From an uncultured Candidatus Saccharibacteria bacterium (GTDB lineage: Bacteria > Patescibacteriota > Minisyncoccia > Phycocordibacterales > Zambryskibacteraceae), in the NCBI GenBank assembly GCA_964357635.1, contig CAYHLZ010000001.1, forward strand, positions 198,674 to 262,673: a stretch of 64,000 nt of DNA, read 5' to 3'. A program made the translations under genes and the position numbers. Below the pieces are notes generated by a model. That model was not told the DNA's origin, did not search any database, and worked only from the letters and a program-made list of their open reading frames with translations. This document shows positions 46,892-56,693 of this stretch, in pieces; positions within the stretch are counted from its first letter, which is position 1; every line of letters begins with the position of its first letter.

Positions 46892-47941
46892 CTACTTGAT
46901 AGATTCAGCTAGCGCAAGCTCTAGAGCAAGCTCAGGGATAGAGGTTCTCCCGCTGTCTTCGTAGGCGGTGATGAAGCGTAAGAGCGTCTCTGCCGTCAGG
47001 TCTTTCTCGGCCTTCTCGGCAAGAGATTTTAGGAATTTAAATTCGTCTTCCCCCACCTCTTCTTCAATGTCTTTCTCCATACCAGCCTTCAGACGAAGAA
47101 GAAAGAGGAGTCGCAGTTTCTCTAAAATAAGTTTGGCAAAGAGTTTTGAATCGGCATTCGCCTCCCCTGCTTTCTTTATCGCCTTCAATCCCTTCTCCAA
47201 GTTTTTCTCCACTACTGCCGAGATAACTTCCCGCATCAGTTCTCCCCTCGGCGCACCCGTCACCGCTTCTACTTCCTCTCTTGTAATCTTTTTATCACTC
47301 GTGGATGAAAGAATTTTCTCCAAGATTCCATGCACATCGCGGAATGAGCCGTCTCCGAGAAGAGCAATGAGTTCTGCCGCTTCTTTTTCAAGCACCACAC
47401 CCTCTTTCTTGGCAACAGAGGAGATAAAGTCTTTGAGTATTGCTTGAGTCGGTTGTCTAAATCTGAATGTCTGACAGCGCGAGATGACTGTCTCCGGCAC
47501 TTTCTCAAGTTCGGTGGTGGCGAAGATAAAGACAACGTGCTTGGGTGGTTCCTCCAGAGTTTTCAAAAAGGCGTTCCACGCTTCTTTGGTGAGCATGTGC
47601 GTTTCGTCAATGATATAGACCTTGTACTTGGACTCAAATGGCAAAGTGTTCACCGACTCCCTGATTTCACGGACATCATCTATGCCCCGGTTAGAAGCAG
47701 CATCCATCTCCACAAGGTCGTTTGCCGATGTGCCAATCTCACGTGCAAGAATTCTTGCCACAGAAGTTTTCCCTGTACCTCTCGGACCAGAAAAGAGATA
47801 GGCGTGCGAGATGTTACCGAGTTTGAGTGCTCCCTCCAAGACTTTCACAATATGGTCTTGCCCGACAACATCACCGAATTTCTCTGGTCTATACCTTCTA
47901 TATAAAACTTGGGGTGACTTCTCCGCTTTTTTCATAGACAT
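46892..47941 (-). CDS. dnaX: DNA polymerase III subunit gamma/tau
   Basis: YRRYRP, GPRGTGKTS, DAASNRG, IIDE.HML, KTLEEPP, SRC. Confidence 0.96.
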   Translation of the reverse strand: MSMKKAEKSPQVLYRRYRPEKFGDVVGQDHIVKVLEGALKLGNISHAYLFSGPRGTGKTSVARILAREIGTSANDLVEMDAASNRGIDDVREIRESVNTLPFESKYKVYIIDETHMLTKEAWNAFLKTLEEPPKHVVFIFATTELEKVPETVISRCQTFRFRQPTQAILKDFISSVAKKEGVVLEKEAAELIALLGDGSFRDVHGILEKILSSTSDKKITREEVEAVTGAPRGELMREVISAVVEKNLEKGLKAIKKAGEANADSKLFAKLILEKLRLLFLLRLKAGMEKDIEEEVGEDEFKFLKSLAEKAEKDLTAETLLRFITAYEDSGRTSIPELALELALAESIK

Positions 47942-47950
47942 TAGTATAAC

Positions 47951-48907
47951 TTATTCGCCAAGAAACTCCGAAATAATCTTTTCCACCTCTTCTCCCCCAT
48001 CTTGCTCCATGAGTCGCGCACGTAAGTCTGCCGCGCCGTCAAAGCCGTTTACATATGCCTTGAAGTGCTTTTTCATAATGGCAAAGCTCTTGACGCTACC
48101 TAGGAGTTTTTCAAAAAGTTTTGTGTGTTCCACAAGTACTTTGAGTTTCTCTTCTGTTGTCGGTAAGTGTTTTGAGAAGAGCCACGGGTTACCAAATATT
48201 CCTCTCCCAATCATGACCCCATCGCAACCTGTCTCTTCACACTTCTTTTTTGCATCGTCAATGTCTACAACGTCACCATTACCAAAGATTAGAGTGTCTA
48301 CTCCTGCCTCATCACGTATCTTTACCGCCTCTTTCACAAGGTCCCACCTCGCAGGCACTTTTGACATTTCTTTTCTCGTGCGAGCATGAATCGTTACCAC
48401 GGCAGGTTCTTCTTTCAAAATTTCTGGAAGCCATTTATCCAGTTCTGGTTTGTTGTAACCGGTTCTTGCTTTGAGTGAGACAGGCAAATCCCCTGCACCC
48501 TCTTTGGCCGCTTTTATAAGAACTCTCGCAAGCTTTGCGTCCTTCATAAGTTTTGCTCCCGCACCCTGTTTTTCTATCGTCCTGTCTGGGCAACCCATAT
48601 TTATATCCACCCCGTCAAAGCCGAGTTTCCGCGCCAACTCCGCCGCCTTTTTCATATGCTCTGGATTTGAAGTGAAGAACTGTGCCACTATCGGGCGTTC
48701 CGCTTCCGAGTATTCCAAGTCTTTCAAAAGTTTTTTTCTCCCCTCCTCTGGCGCAAGAACCAGACCATCGGCTGAAACGAACTCGGTCCACATCACATCA
48801 GGCTTGCCATACTTGGCGATAACGCTTCGGAAGGCAGCATCTGTGACATTGGCCATGGGTGCCAGCGCCATTACAGGCTTTTTCAAACTTTGCCAGAAGT
48901 TACTCAC
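47951..48907 (-). CDS. dus: tRNA-dihydrouridine synthase
   Basis: LAPMA, DINMGCP, HARTR, GNGD, MIGRG..GNPW. Confidence 0.95.
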   Translation of the reverse strand: MSNFWQSLKKPVMALAPMANVTDAAFRSVIAKYGKPDVMWTEFVSADGLVLAPEEGRKKLLKDLEYSEAERPIVAQFFTSNPEHMKKAAELARKLGFDGVDINMGCPDRTIEKQGAGAKLMKDAKLARVLIKAAKEGAGDLPVSLKARTGYNKPELDKWLPEILKEEPAVVTIHARTRKEMSKVPARWDLVKEAVKIRDEAGVDTLIFGNGDVVDIDDAKKKCEETGCDGVMIGRGIFGNPWLFSKHLPTTEEKLKVLVEHTKLFEKLLGSVKSFAIMKKHFKAYVNGFDGAADLRARLMEQDGGEEVEKIISEFLGE

Positions 48908-48908
48908 T

Positions 48909-49742
48909 TTATTTAAACTTATAAAAAACTTTGTTCTCGCTACTTAGGTTTAGATAAAGAATCCTGTCCAGAAAATCTTTTTGTGCACGAATAGAGTCGT
49001 CAGAAAGAAAGGCGTTTAAGTTTGCGAATATCTGCGAAAGCTCATTATCTTTCTGCCAGATAATTTTCCCGCCACTAGAGAGAAATATCTGATAGTCGTC
49101 CTCTCCGATCTCTAGAGCTACGGAGTCAACGTTTAAATCCTTGATGTCTTCTCTAAATTTTGAAAATGCTTTAAACTCTTCAACGTTCATTAGCCTCTCA
49201 CCAACCGGTTCCGAGAAAGCTTTCTCGGTGGCATATACAAAGTAACTATTCCCCGAAAACGATGGTGCCGGTGCAAAGATAAGCCCTTCTTCATCAAGGA
49301 AATAGCACTTGCCCGTCTCTTGAGAGATGATAACTTCTCTGCAATACAGAGCGTGAGGCAGACGCTCTTCAACGCTTATATAAAGAGTTCTCTCTTTCAA
49401 ATCAAGCGTAGCGGAAGAAAGTCTCGGAAACTCTGTCACAAGGGCGCGCTCAATAGTACGACGAGGATAGAGTATAAAGTTTGACCTCGGCACCACAAAG
49501 AGGTAGAAACCGGTAAGCAGATTTTCGGCAACAAGAGTAATCTCGTCTCTATCTATAACATTCTCTCCTAGAACAGAAACTTCAGAGACTTGAAACCGTT
49601 CTTCGCGTAGAAAATAAACTAGCCCGTAAGTTATAGAAGAAATCAGAAAAAGAAAAAAGATAAGAAGCGCAATTTTCTTTCTCTTCTTTTTTTTATAAAA
49701 TTTTGATGAATGAAGAACTTTTCCGCTTGAGACAATTTTCAT
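48909..49742 (-). CDS. FtsQ/DivIB-like protein
   Basis: Basic N-terminus, single TM, POTRA-like segment, 'L.I.V.ER', 'YFLDEEG'. Confidence 0.7.
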   Translation of the reverse strand: MKIVSSGKVLHSSKFYKKKKRKKIALLIFFLFLISSITYGLVYFLREERFQVSEVSVLGENVIDRDEITLVAENLLTGFYLFVVPRSNFILYPRRTIERALVTEFPRLSSATLDLKERTLYISVEERLPHALYCREVIISQETGKCYFLDEEGLIFAPAPSFSGNSYFVYATEKAFSEPVGERLMNVEEFKAFSKFREDIKDLNVDSVALEIGEDDYQIFLSSGGKIIWQKDNELSQIFANLNAFLSDDSIRAQKDFLDRILYLNLSSENKVFYKFK

Positions 49743-51004
49743 TTCTTTATCACAGAAAGACCGTTCATATAAGGCACCAGAACTTGAGGAATCTTTATAG
49801 AACCATCTTCTTGTTGGAAATTCTCTACTAGAGAAACAAGGATACGAGGAGTAGGTATGGCGGTGGCATTCAAAGAATGCACGTACTTTATCTTGCCGTC
49901 ACTATCTTTGTAGCGAGTATTGAATCTCCTTGTCTGAAAGTCGTGGTAGTAAGAAGCGCTTGCTATCTCTCTGTATTTCCCCTCCTTCGGCACCCAGAGT
50001 TCTGTGTCATACGACTTCACGTGAGCGCCCTTGAGGTCTCCGGTGCAAATGACCAACTGCTGATATGGAATACCAAGAGATTCTATAAACTCTTCGGTGT
50101 TTCTATTTAACTCTTCATGGAATTTTACAGACTCATCATGACTTGCTTCGCATAAGACGAGTTGTTCAAGTTTGAAAAACTCATGCACTCGGATGAGACC
50201 CTTCACATCCTTAGAGTAACTTCCTGCTTCACGTCTAAAACATGGAGAGAAAGCCAAGTACCTCTTCGGCAAATCTTTTTTCTCGAAAAGTTCTTCAGCG
50301 TGGTATGCCATCATTGGAATCTCAGCAGTTCCCGCCAGGTAGTCCCCGTCTTGGGTCTGGTAAATATCTTCCGCGCCACTCGGCAAGTGTCCTGTGCCGT
50401 ATAAAAAGTTTTTGTGAACGATAACTGGTGGCAAAAATAGGTCAAAACCTTTGCCGAGAAAAAAGTCTCTAGAATAATTCCAAATAGCCCAAGAAAGCAT
50501 TGCACCGGAATTTTTTAAGTAATAGCCCCTAAAGCCGTGAGTCTTGGTCCCCCTTTCAAAGTCAACCATGTTTAACTCGGTCATGAGTTCAATATGGTCT
50601 TTGGGTTCAAAGTTAAACTTCGGTTTCTCGCCCCAAGTCTTTAAAACTTTGTTATCCTCCTCGCCTTTTCCATGTGGTACCGAAGCATCTGGCACATTGG
50701 GTACCTCAAGCATCAAGGCCTGCCATTCTTTCAAAACATTTTTGAGTTCCGCTTCTTCTTTCTCAAGTTCACCTTTGAGCACCTTCATCTTCTCCATGAT
50801 TTGGGAGCGCTCTTCCGAACTTGCTTTAACTATGGCGTTACTGGAAACCTTTTGTTCTGCTCTCTTTTCTTCGGTGCGGGCAAGTAAATTTTTACGCCTA
50901 TCATCTACTAGAAGAAGCCTGTCAATGTCAAAACTTATGCGTTTCAACTTCGCTGCCTCCTCCAAGAGCTTCTTATTCTCTCTAATAAACTTGATGTCGA
51001 GCAT
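49739..51004 (-). CDS. serS: Seryl-tRNA synthetase
   Basis: MLDIKFIREN, GTAE, CFRREAG, RVHEF.K.E, HSLN. Confidence 0.97.
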   Translation of the reverse strand: MLDIKFIRENKKLLEEAAKLKRISFDIDRLLLVDDRRKNLLARTEEKRAEQKVSSNAIVKASSEERSQIMEKMKVLKGELEKEEAELKNVLKEWQALMLEVPNVPDASVPHGKGEEDNKVLKTWGEKPKFNFEPKDHIELMTELNMVDFERGTKTHGFRGYYLKNSGAMLSWAIWNYSRDFFLGKGFDLFLPPVIVHKNFLYGTGHLPSGAEDIYQTQDGDYLAGTAEIPMMAYHAEELFEKKDLPKRYLAFSPCFRREAGSYSKDVKGLIRVHEFFKLEQLVLCEASHDESVKFHEELNRNTEEFIESLGIPYQQLVICTGDLKGAHVKSYDTELWVPKEGKYREIASASYYHDFQTRRFNTRYKDSDGKIKYVHSLNATAIPTPRILVSLVENFQQEDGSIKIPQVLVPYMNGLSVIKK

Positions 51005-51026
51005 ATTACATAGCAATATTAACATA

Positions 51027-51884
51027 ATGATACGCGAACTTCTTCCACACGAGTTTCCAGAACTTCTTAAAGAAATCCCTGACCCTCCAAAACAGTTGCG
51101 CTACGAAGGCGCCTTACCTAAAGATGGTAACAAGCTCTTGGCAGTTGTCGGCTCAAGAAAGTATTCAAGTTATGGTAGGGAAGTTTGCGAAACAATTATT
51201 TCCGGACTCTCCGACTCCCCCATAACCATAGTCTCGGGTCTGGCACTTGGTATAGATTCCATAGCTCATCGTGCCTCTATGCGCGCAGGTCTTCAAACCA
51301 TTGCGATACCCGGCTCTGGCCTTGACCGCAAGGTGCTTCACCCGCATTCGCACGTTAATCTCGCAAACGAAATTATTGAAAATGGTGGGGGACTTATGTC
51401 TGAATACGACGACACGATGCCTTCCGGTGCATGGGCTTTCCCAAGGAGAAACAGAATCATGGCAGGGATGTGTCATGCGGTCCTCGTCATTGAAGCAGAG
51501 AAAAAGTCTGGCACCCTTATCACTTCTCGCCTCGCCACAGAATACAACCGAGAAGTGGGAGCTGTCCCTGGTCCTATAAACTCCCCCACATCTGATGGAC
51601 CGCATATGCTCATTAGACTCGGCGCAGCGCTGGTCCGTGACGCAAACGATTGTTTGGAGCTTCTGGGGCTAAAGAGAAAGGATGAGGCGCCAACTTTGCT
51701 TGATTTGGAAGAGCTTTCGGACGAGGAGAAAATTTTTATAAAAATATTGGAGAATCCGTGCTCCAGAGATGAACTTATAAGGGAAAGTAAACTGGATACT
51801 GGTGGCGCTAGTGCAATACTTTCGCTTCTGGAAATCAAAGGGTTGATTGTGGAGGAACTTGGTGAAGTTCGTAAAACTTTTTAA
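51027..51884 (+). CDS. dprA: DNA-processing protein DprA (start MIRELL)
   Basis: PDPP, AVVGSR, VSGLALGID, FPRRNRI, SGTLIT. Confidence 0.95.
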   Translation: MIRELLPHEFPELLKEIPDPPKQLRYEGALPKDGNKLLAVVGSRKYSSYGREVCETIISGLSDSPITIVSGLALGIDSIAHRASMRAGLQTIAIPGSGLDRKVLHPHSHVNLANEIIENGGGLMSEYDDTMPSGAWAFPRRNRIMAGMCHAVLVIEAEKKSGTLITSRLATEYNREVGAVPGPINSPTSDGPHMLIRLGAALVRDANDCLELLGLKRKDEAPTLLDLEELSDEEKIFIKILENPCSRDELIRESKLDTGGASAILSLLEIKGLIVEELGEVRKTF

Positions 51885-51931
51885 CGAGACAAGTTTGCAA
51901 ATAAAAAGTTTCTGTAGTACTAATTGAGACC

Positions 51932-54121
51932 ATGAAGCTTTTAATAGTAGAGTCACCGTCAAAAGCAAAGACGATTGAAAAATATCTTGGAAAAGATTTT
52001 CGCGTGCTTGCTTCTGTTGGCCATATTCGCGACCTGCCCAAGTCAAACAGGGCAGCTATTGATATAGAAGCAGGCTTTGTCCCCCACTACGAAGTAGTGA
52101 AAGGAAAGGAAAAAATAATTGCCGAAATTAAATCACTTGTAAAAAAGGCAGATGAGGTACTCCTTGCCACAGACCCCGACCGAGAGGGCGAAGCTATTGC
52201 TTGGCACGTTCAAGAGGCTGTGGGACTAAAAAACCTTAAACGCATAGTGTTTTACGAAATAACCAAGGAGGCTATAGAAGAGGCTCTAGAGAAGCCCAGA
52301 GCCATTGATACGGGTCTTAGGGAGGCACAAGAAGCTAGACGAGTCCTTGACCGACTGGTGGGATACGATCTCTCTGGGCTCATTTGGAAAAAGGTGCGTT
52401 ACGGACTCTCTGCCGGCAGAGTGCAATCCCCTGCACTTCGTATCATCATGGAGTGCGAACGTGAGATACGTGCCTTCAAGCCGATTACTTTCTGGAGTAT
52501 TACCGCAAACCTTGAGGATAAACTTAAAAATAATCTTCTATTCTTCTCTTCCAAAGAACCCACAGAGAAAGAAGAAGTAGAAAAAATTCTTTCTCTTGCT
52601 AAAGGTGGTTCTTGGAAAGTAACAGATATTAAGGAGACAGAGATGATGCGCACAGCTCGTGCTCCGTTTATCACCTCAACACTACAACAGACAGCAAGCT
52701 CTAGACTTGGGTTTGCCCCTTCGCAAAGTATGAGTATCGCCCAGAAACTCTATGAATCAGGGCACATTACTTACATGCGCACAGACTCTACAAATCTTGG
52801 TGGAGCTGCGCGCAAAGATATTGAAAATGTGGTGAAGAAGAAATATGGAGAAAACTATTTTGAATCACACGTCTTCGCTAAGAAGTCTAAGAACGCCCAA
52901 GAAGCACACGAAGCCATAAGACCGACACATATGGACGTAGAAAACGCTGGCAATACAGAAGCAGAGAAAAGGTTATACCAACTTATCTGGCAGAGAACTC
53001 TCTCTAGTCAAATGAAGTCAGCTAAAGTTATGCGCACTAAAGTTGTTGCTAACACCCACGCCACGGCGGGGCAAGTTTCCGACAAATCTTTCCCAGACTT
53101 CTGGCTCAATGGTTCACGCATCCTTTTTGACGGCTGGCTTAGAGCAGACAGAGCCTCTGCTGGTGAAGATGTCGTTTTACCGAAACTTGTGGTTGGCGAC
53201 CCGCTAAAACTTCTGGAGATTCATTCGGAAGAGAAACAAACAGAGCCACCAGCGCGATATTCTGAAGCAGGACTTATCAAAGAACTTGAGAAGCGTGGTA
53301 TCGGCCGACCGTCCACCTATGCCTCTATCATAAAAACTCTTACTGACCGCGGTTATGTAGAGAAAATTTCTAAAGCACTCTGTCCAACAGATACCGGTGA
53401 TGTTGTTAGCTCTTTTATTGAGGAACATTTCCCTACTTATATTAGTGACTCATTCACTGCCGAGATGGAAAACGAGTTGGATGACATTGCCAACGGGGAG
53501 CGTACTTACAAAAAAACTTTGAAAGACTTTTATACTCCTTTTCAAAAGGCGGTTAAATCTAAAGACGATATTCAAAAAGTGACCAATTTAGGAAAAGCGC
53601 CAAACGATGAGAAGTGCCCAGTCTGTGGTTCTCAAATGATAATTAAACTTGGTAAGAGTGGCAGATTTCTTTCGTGCGAGAAGTTTCCTCTATGCTCTGG
53701 TGCGCGAACTATAGACGGCAAAGAACTTCAAGGGCCGAAAGATACCGGAGAACTCTGTCCTAAATGTGAGAAAGGAAACTTGGTTACTCGTGAGGGTAAG
53801 TTTGGTATGTTTACCGCCTGCTCGCGCTTCCCTAAATGCAAATTTATAAAGAAAGACGAAGAACAAGAAAGAGCAAACTCAACAGGTGTAGAATGCCCCA
53901 CTTGTAAAAAAGGGTTCTTATCAGAACGAAGAGGTAGATTTGGAGTATTCTATAGTTGTTCTAACTATCCAGATTGTAAATATGCTATAAAAGCTAAGCC
54001 GACGGGCGAGATCTGCAAGACCTGTGGGTCTCTTATGATGGAAGGTACAAAGACCATTCCAGAGCGCTGTTCAGATAAAAAATGCCCCAACCACAACCCT
54101 CACAAACTAGAGAAGAAGTAG
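51932..54121 (+). CDS. topA: DNA topoisomerase I
   Basis: IVESP.K, DPDREGE, SAGRVQS, ITYMRTDS, GRPSTY, C-terminal zinc ribbons. Confidence 0.98.
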   Translation: MKLLIVESPSKAKTIEKYLGKDFRVLASVGHIRDLPKSNRAAIDIEAGFVPHYEVVKGKEKIIAEIKSLVKKADEVLLATDPDREGEAIAWHVQEAVGLKNLKRIVFYEITKEAIEEALEKPRAIDTGLREAQEARRVLDRLVGYDLSGLIWKKVRYGLSAGRVQSPALRIIMECEREIRAFKPITFWSITANLEDKLKNNLLFFSSKEPTEKEEVEKILSLAKGGSWKVTDIKETEMMRTARAPFITSTLQQTASSRLGFAPSQSMSIAQKLYESGHITYMRTDSTNLGGAARKDIENVVKKKYGENYFESHVFAKKSKNAQEAHEAIRPTHMDVENAGNTEAEKRLYQLIWQRTLSSQMKSAKVMRTKVVANTHATAGQVSDKSFPDFWLNGSRILFDGWLRADRASAGEDVVLPKLVVGDPLKLLEIHSEEKQTEPPARYSEAGLIKELEKRGIGRPSTYASIIKTLTDRGYVEKISKALCPTDTGDVVSSFIEEHFPTYISDSFTAEMENELDDIANGERTYKKTLKDFYTPFQKAVKSKDDIQKVTNLGKAPNDEKCPVCGSQMIIKLGKSGRFLSCEKFPLCSGARTIDGKELQGPKDTGELCPKCEKGNLVTREGKFGMFTACSRFPKCKFIKKDEEQERANSTGVECPTCKKGFLSERRGRFGVFYSCSNYPDCKYAIKAKPTGEICKTCGSLMMEGTKTIPERCSDKKCPNHNPHKLEKK
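53055..53075 (+). repeat. 21-nt GC-rich hairpin insertion in topA, in frame
   Basis: CCCACGCCACGGCGGGGCAAG, similar to the 26413 element. Confidence 0.55.
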
Positions 54122-54147
54122 ACTCTCCAGCCAAAATTACAAGGAGC

Positions 54148-55641
54148 ATGGCGAGTCCTTCTCCTGAAGATATTGCGCTCGTCAAGAAAGCTTTTTCACT
54201 TGCTCGTCGCGCCAATGAAGGACGGGTGAGATTTTCTGGCGAGCCAAATTTGAGACACTTAGTAGAGTCTGCAAAAACTCTTGCAGAACTCGGCACTGGC
54301 ACCGCCACCATTGTCGCAGGACTACTTCATGATTCTATAGAAGATGCTGGCGTCCAAAGAGAGGTAATCGTAAAAGAATTCGGGGAAGAAGTTGCCTTCC
54401 TCATTGACGGAGTATCAAAACTTGGACACTTAAAGTACAAAGGGGCCGACAGACATAACGAAAGTCTTCGCAAACTCTTCGTAGCGATGTCAGAGGATAT
54501 TAGAGTTCTTCTCATTAAGCTTGCGTGCCGTTTACACAATATGAGAACTCTCGCCTATGTGCCGAAAGATAAACAAGGGCGTCTCGCCAGAGAGTCACTT
54601 GAGATATATGCGCCCATAGCTTACCGTCTAGGCATCAGAAAGATCAATCGTGAACTTGAAGACCTATCTTTTCCTTATGTTTATCCCAAGGAGTATGAGG
54701 AGATGAGAAAAACGTTGAAAGAAAGACACTTTGATAGAACTGAAAGTTTGGAAAAATTTTCTCGCTCTGTGAAAAAGGCTCTGGCTAAAGAAGGACTGAC
54801 TAAGGTTAAAACAGAGTATAGAGTAAAAGGACTTTATAGTCTTTATAAAAAGTATTTAAGATACGACCGAGATCTTGAAAAGATATATGACCTTAGTGCC
54901 ATGCGTATCTTGGTTGACTCTACGGTGGACTGCTACCGAGTTCTAGGAACAATACATGCACGCTGGAGACCTCTACCCGGTCGTATCAAGGATTACATCT
55001 CTGACCCCAAGGCAAACGGTTATCAAGCACTACACACCACTGTTTTCATTGGTGATGGCAACATTGTGGAAGTCCAGATTAAAACTCAAGATATGCACAA
55101 ATATTCAGAATACGGTATTGCCTCACACCTTTCTTATAAAGGAGGTAAAGAAAACAAAGATGTCTTGGCTTGGGTTCACGCTCTCCTACCAAAATCAACC
55201 CGGCCGAATAATGAAGGAGACCTGTCTGCCGGCAAGGCAGGAAACATGGACGTGCCCGCTTGGATAAAGGAACTTGCCCAGTATGAAGAACCTTCAAAAG
55301 ATTACAAACTTTTTCGAGAAGGTCTCACCAGCGATTTCTTTAGCCACAGGATATTCGTCTTCTCGCCCAAAGGAGATGTGGTGGACCTGCCAAATGACTC
55401 TACACCAATAGATTTTGCCTATTCAATACATTCAGATATTGGAAACCAAATGGCAGGGGCGAAGGTGAACGGTAAACTTGTCTCACTTGATAGCACGCTT
55501 CATAACGGAGATATTGTCATGATTGTGACGAAAGAGAATGCTAAACCAAACCGTAAATGGTTGGAGATGGCAAAGACCTCGCTTGCTCGTCGCCATATCC
55601 GACACAGACTTACTGAACTAAAAGACTTGAACCGCGACTAG
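54148..55641 (+). CDS. rel: RelA/SpoT family (p)ppGpp synthetase/hydrolase (HD + synthetase + TGS, no ACT)
   Basis: LLHD..ED, APIA.RLG, RIKDYI, GYQ.LHT, EVQI, TGS 'TPIDFAY.IHS'; start codon uncertain. Confidence 0.93.
   Translation: MASPSPEDIALVKKAFSLARRANEGRVRFSGEPNLRHLVESAKTLAELGTGTATIVAGLLHDSIEDAGVQREVIVKEFGEEVAFLIDGVSKLGHLKYKGADRHNESLRKLFVAMSEDIRVLLIKLACRLHNMRTLAYVPKDKQGRLARESLEIYAPIAYRLGIRKINRELEDLSFPYVYPKEYEEMRKTLKERHFDRTESLEKFSRSVKKALAKEGLTKVKTEYRVKGLYSLYKKYLRYDRDLEKIYDLSAMRILVDSTVDCYRVLGTIHARWRPLPGRIKDYISDPKANGYQALHTTVFIGDGNIVEVQIKTQDMHKYSEYGIASHLSYKGGKENKDVLAWVHALLPKSTRPNNEGDLSAGKAGNMDVPAWIKELAQYEEPSKDYKLFREGLTSDFFSHRIFVFSPKGDVVDLPNDSTPIDFAYSIHSDIGNQMAGAKVNGKLVSLDSTLHNGDIVMIVTKENAKPNRKWLEMAKTSLARRHIRHRLTELKDLNRD
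55221..55241 (+). repeat. 21-nt palindromic insertion in rel, in frame
   Basis: CCTGTCTGCCGGCAAGGCAGG, a variant of the 59925 palindrome. Confidence 0.75.
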
Positions 55642-56561
55642 ATACTAAACTTACTAACAGAGTAGAGAGAATCGTCATCATCTGCCATGATTCTTTCTTC
55701 TTCGGTTAGTGCTGGAGCATTCTCTACAGACACTTCTGTACCTTCATCAGAAACAATTCTTTCAAGAAGTGCGCGTAAATCATCCTTATCAAAAAAGTCT
55801 ATGGTCACTCGCCCACCCGCCTCTTTCTTCTCAATTCTCACTCGAGTACCCAACTTTTCTTTGAACTGGTCTTCTATCTCTATGAGCTCTTGGTCTATGA
55901 GCTTTCTGGCGCGTTCTACGGCAATGTGGCGAGCGATACTCTCGGCTTCTCGGACATTGAGTTTCTTTGCCACAATTTCTTTGAAAAGAGTTTCCTGTTC
56001 TTGAGGTCTATCAATAAGCATCATTAATGGTCGGGTGTGTCCTTCGGTAATCTGATTCTTTGAAAGCGCTTCAATGATGTATTCCGGCAAAGTAAGAATG
56101 CGAAGGGAGTTTGAGACATATTCGCGACTCTTGCCGACCTTCTTACCAATCTCGTGGTGTTTAAAGTTAAATTCCCTTACTAGGCGGCCAAAGGCACGGG
56201 CTCGGTCAACTGGAGTAAGGTCTTCACGTTGAATGTTTTCTATTATGGCAAGCTCAAGCTTCATCAGGTCCGTCTCCTCACCTGTGCGGATAAGAACCGG
56301 TACCTGTGAGAGTCCTGCAAGACGAGCGGCGCGAAGGCGTCGTTCTCCTGCGACCAGTTCATACTCAACCCCAAGTCCTCCATCTTCTTTTAAAACTTCG
56401 TTACGAGTAACTACAAGCGCTTGGAGTACGCCGTACTGACGAATAGAATCTGCTAGGGCTCTCAACTGTGTTTCATCAAACTCTCGGCGAGGCTGATATG
56501 GGTTTGGTTTTATTTTATCCACCTCAACCCAGAAAACGGCATCGTTATAGAATCGCGACAT
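55638..56561 (-). CDS. parB: ParB/Spo0J partition protein
   Basis: NPYQPR, GERR.RA, ENIQREDL, HTH. Confidence 0.95.
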   Translation of the reverse strand: MSRFYNDAVFWVEVDKIKPNPYQPRREFDETQLRALADSIRQYGVLQALVVTRNEVLKEDGGLGVEYELVAGERRLRAARLAGLSQVPVLIRTGEETDLMKLELAIIENIQREDLTPVDRARAFGRLVREFNFKHHEIGKKVGKSREYVSNSLRILTLPEYIIEALSKNQITEGHTRPLMMLIDRPQEQETLFKEIVAKKLNVREAESIARHIAVERARKLIDQELIEIEDQFKEKLGTRVRIEKKEAGGRVTIDFFDKDDLRALLERIVSDEGTEVSVENAPALTEEERIMADDDDSLYSVSKFSI

Positions 56562-56609
56562 AACTAGATTTTAACACGATTTTTTTGTAGAGTTAAGTCA
56601 CTTATCCTT

Positions 56610-56693
56610 GCCGGAGTGGCGGAATGGCAGACGCGCACGACTCAAAATCGTGTCTCGCAAGGGGTGTGGGTTCAAGTCCCACCTCCGGCACCA
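56610..56693 (+). tRNA. tRNA-Leu(CAA)
   Basis: GCCGGAG/CTCCGGC acceptor stem, CACGA-CT CAA AA-TCGTG, long variable arm, encoded CCA. Confidence 0.97.

Noticed and set aside
50544-51026. N-terminal extension of DprA in the track
   Set aside because: Antisense to serS; DprA similarity starts at MIRELL (51027).
56616-56693. N-terminal extension of MiaA
   Set aside because: It is the tRNA-Leu gene read in frame; MiaA similarity begins at MKKKIL.
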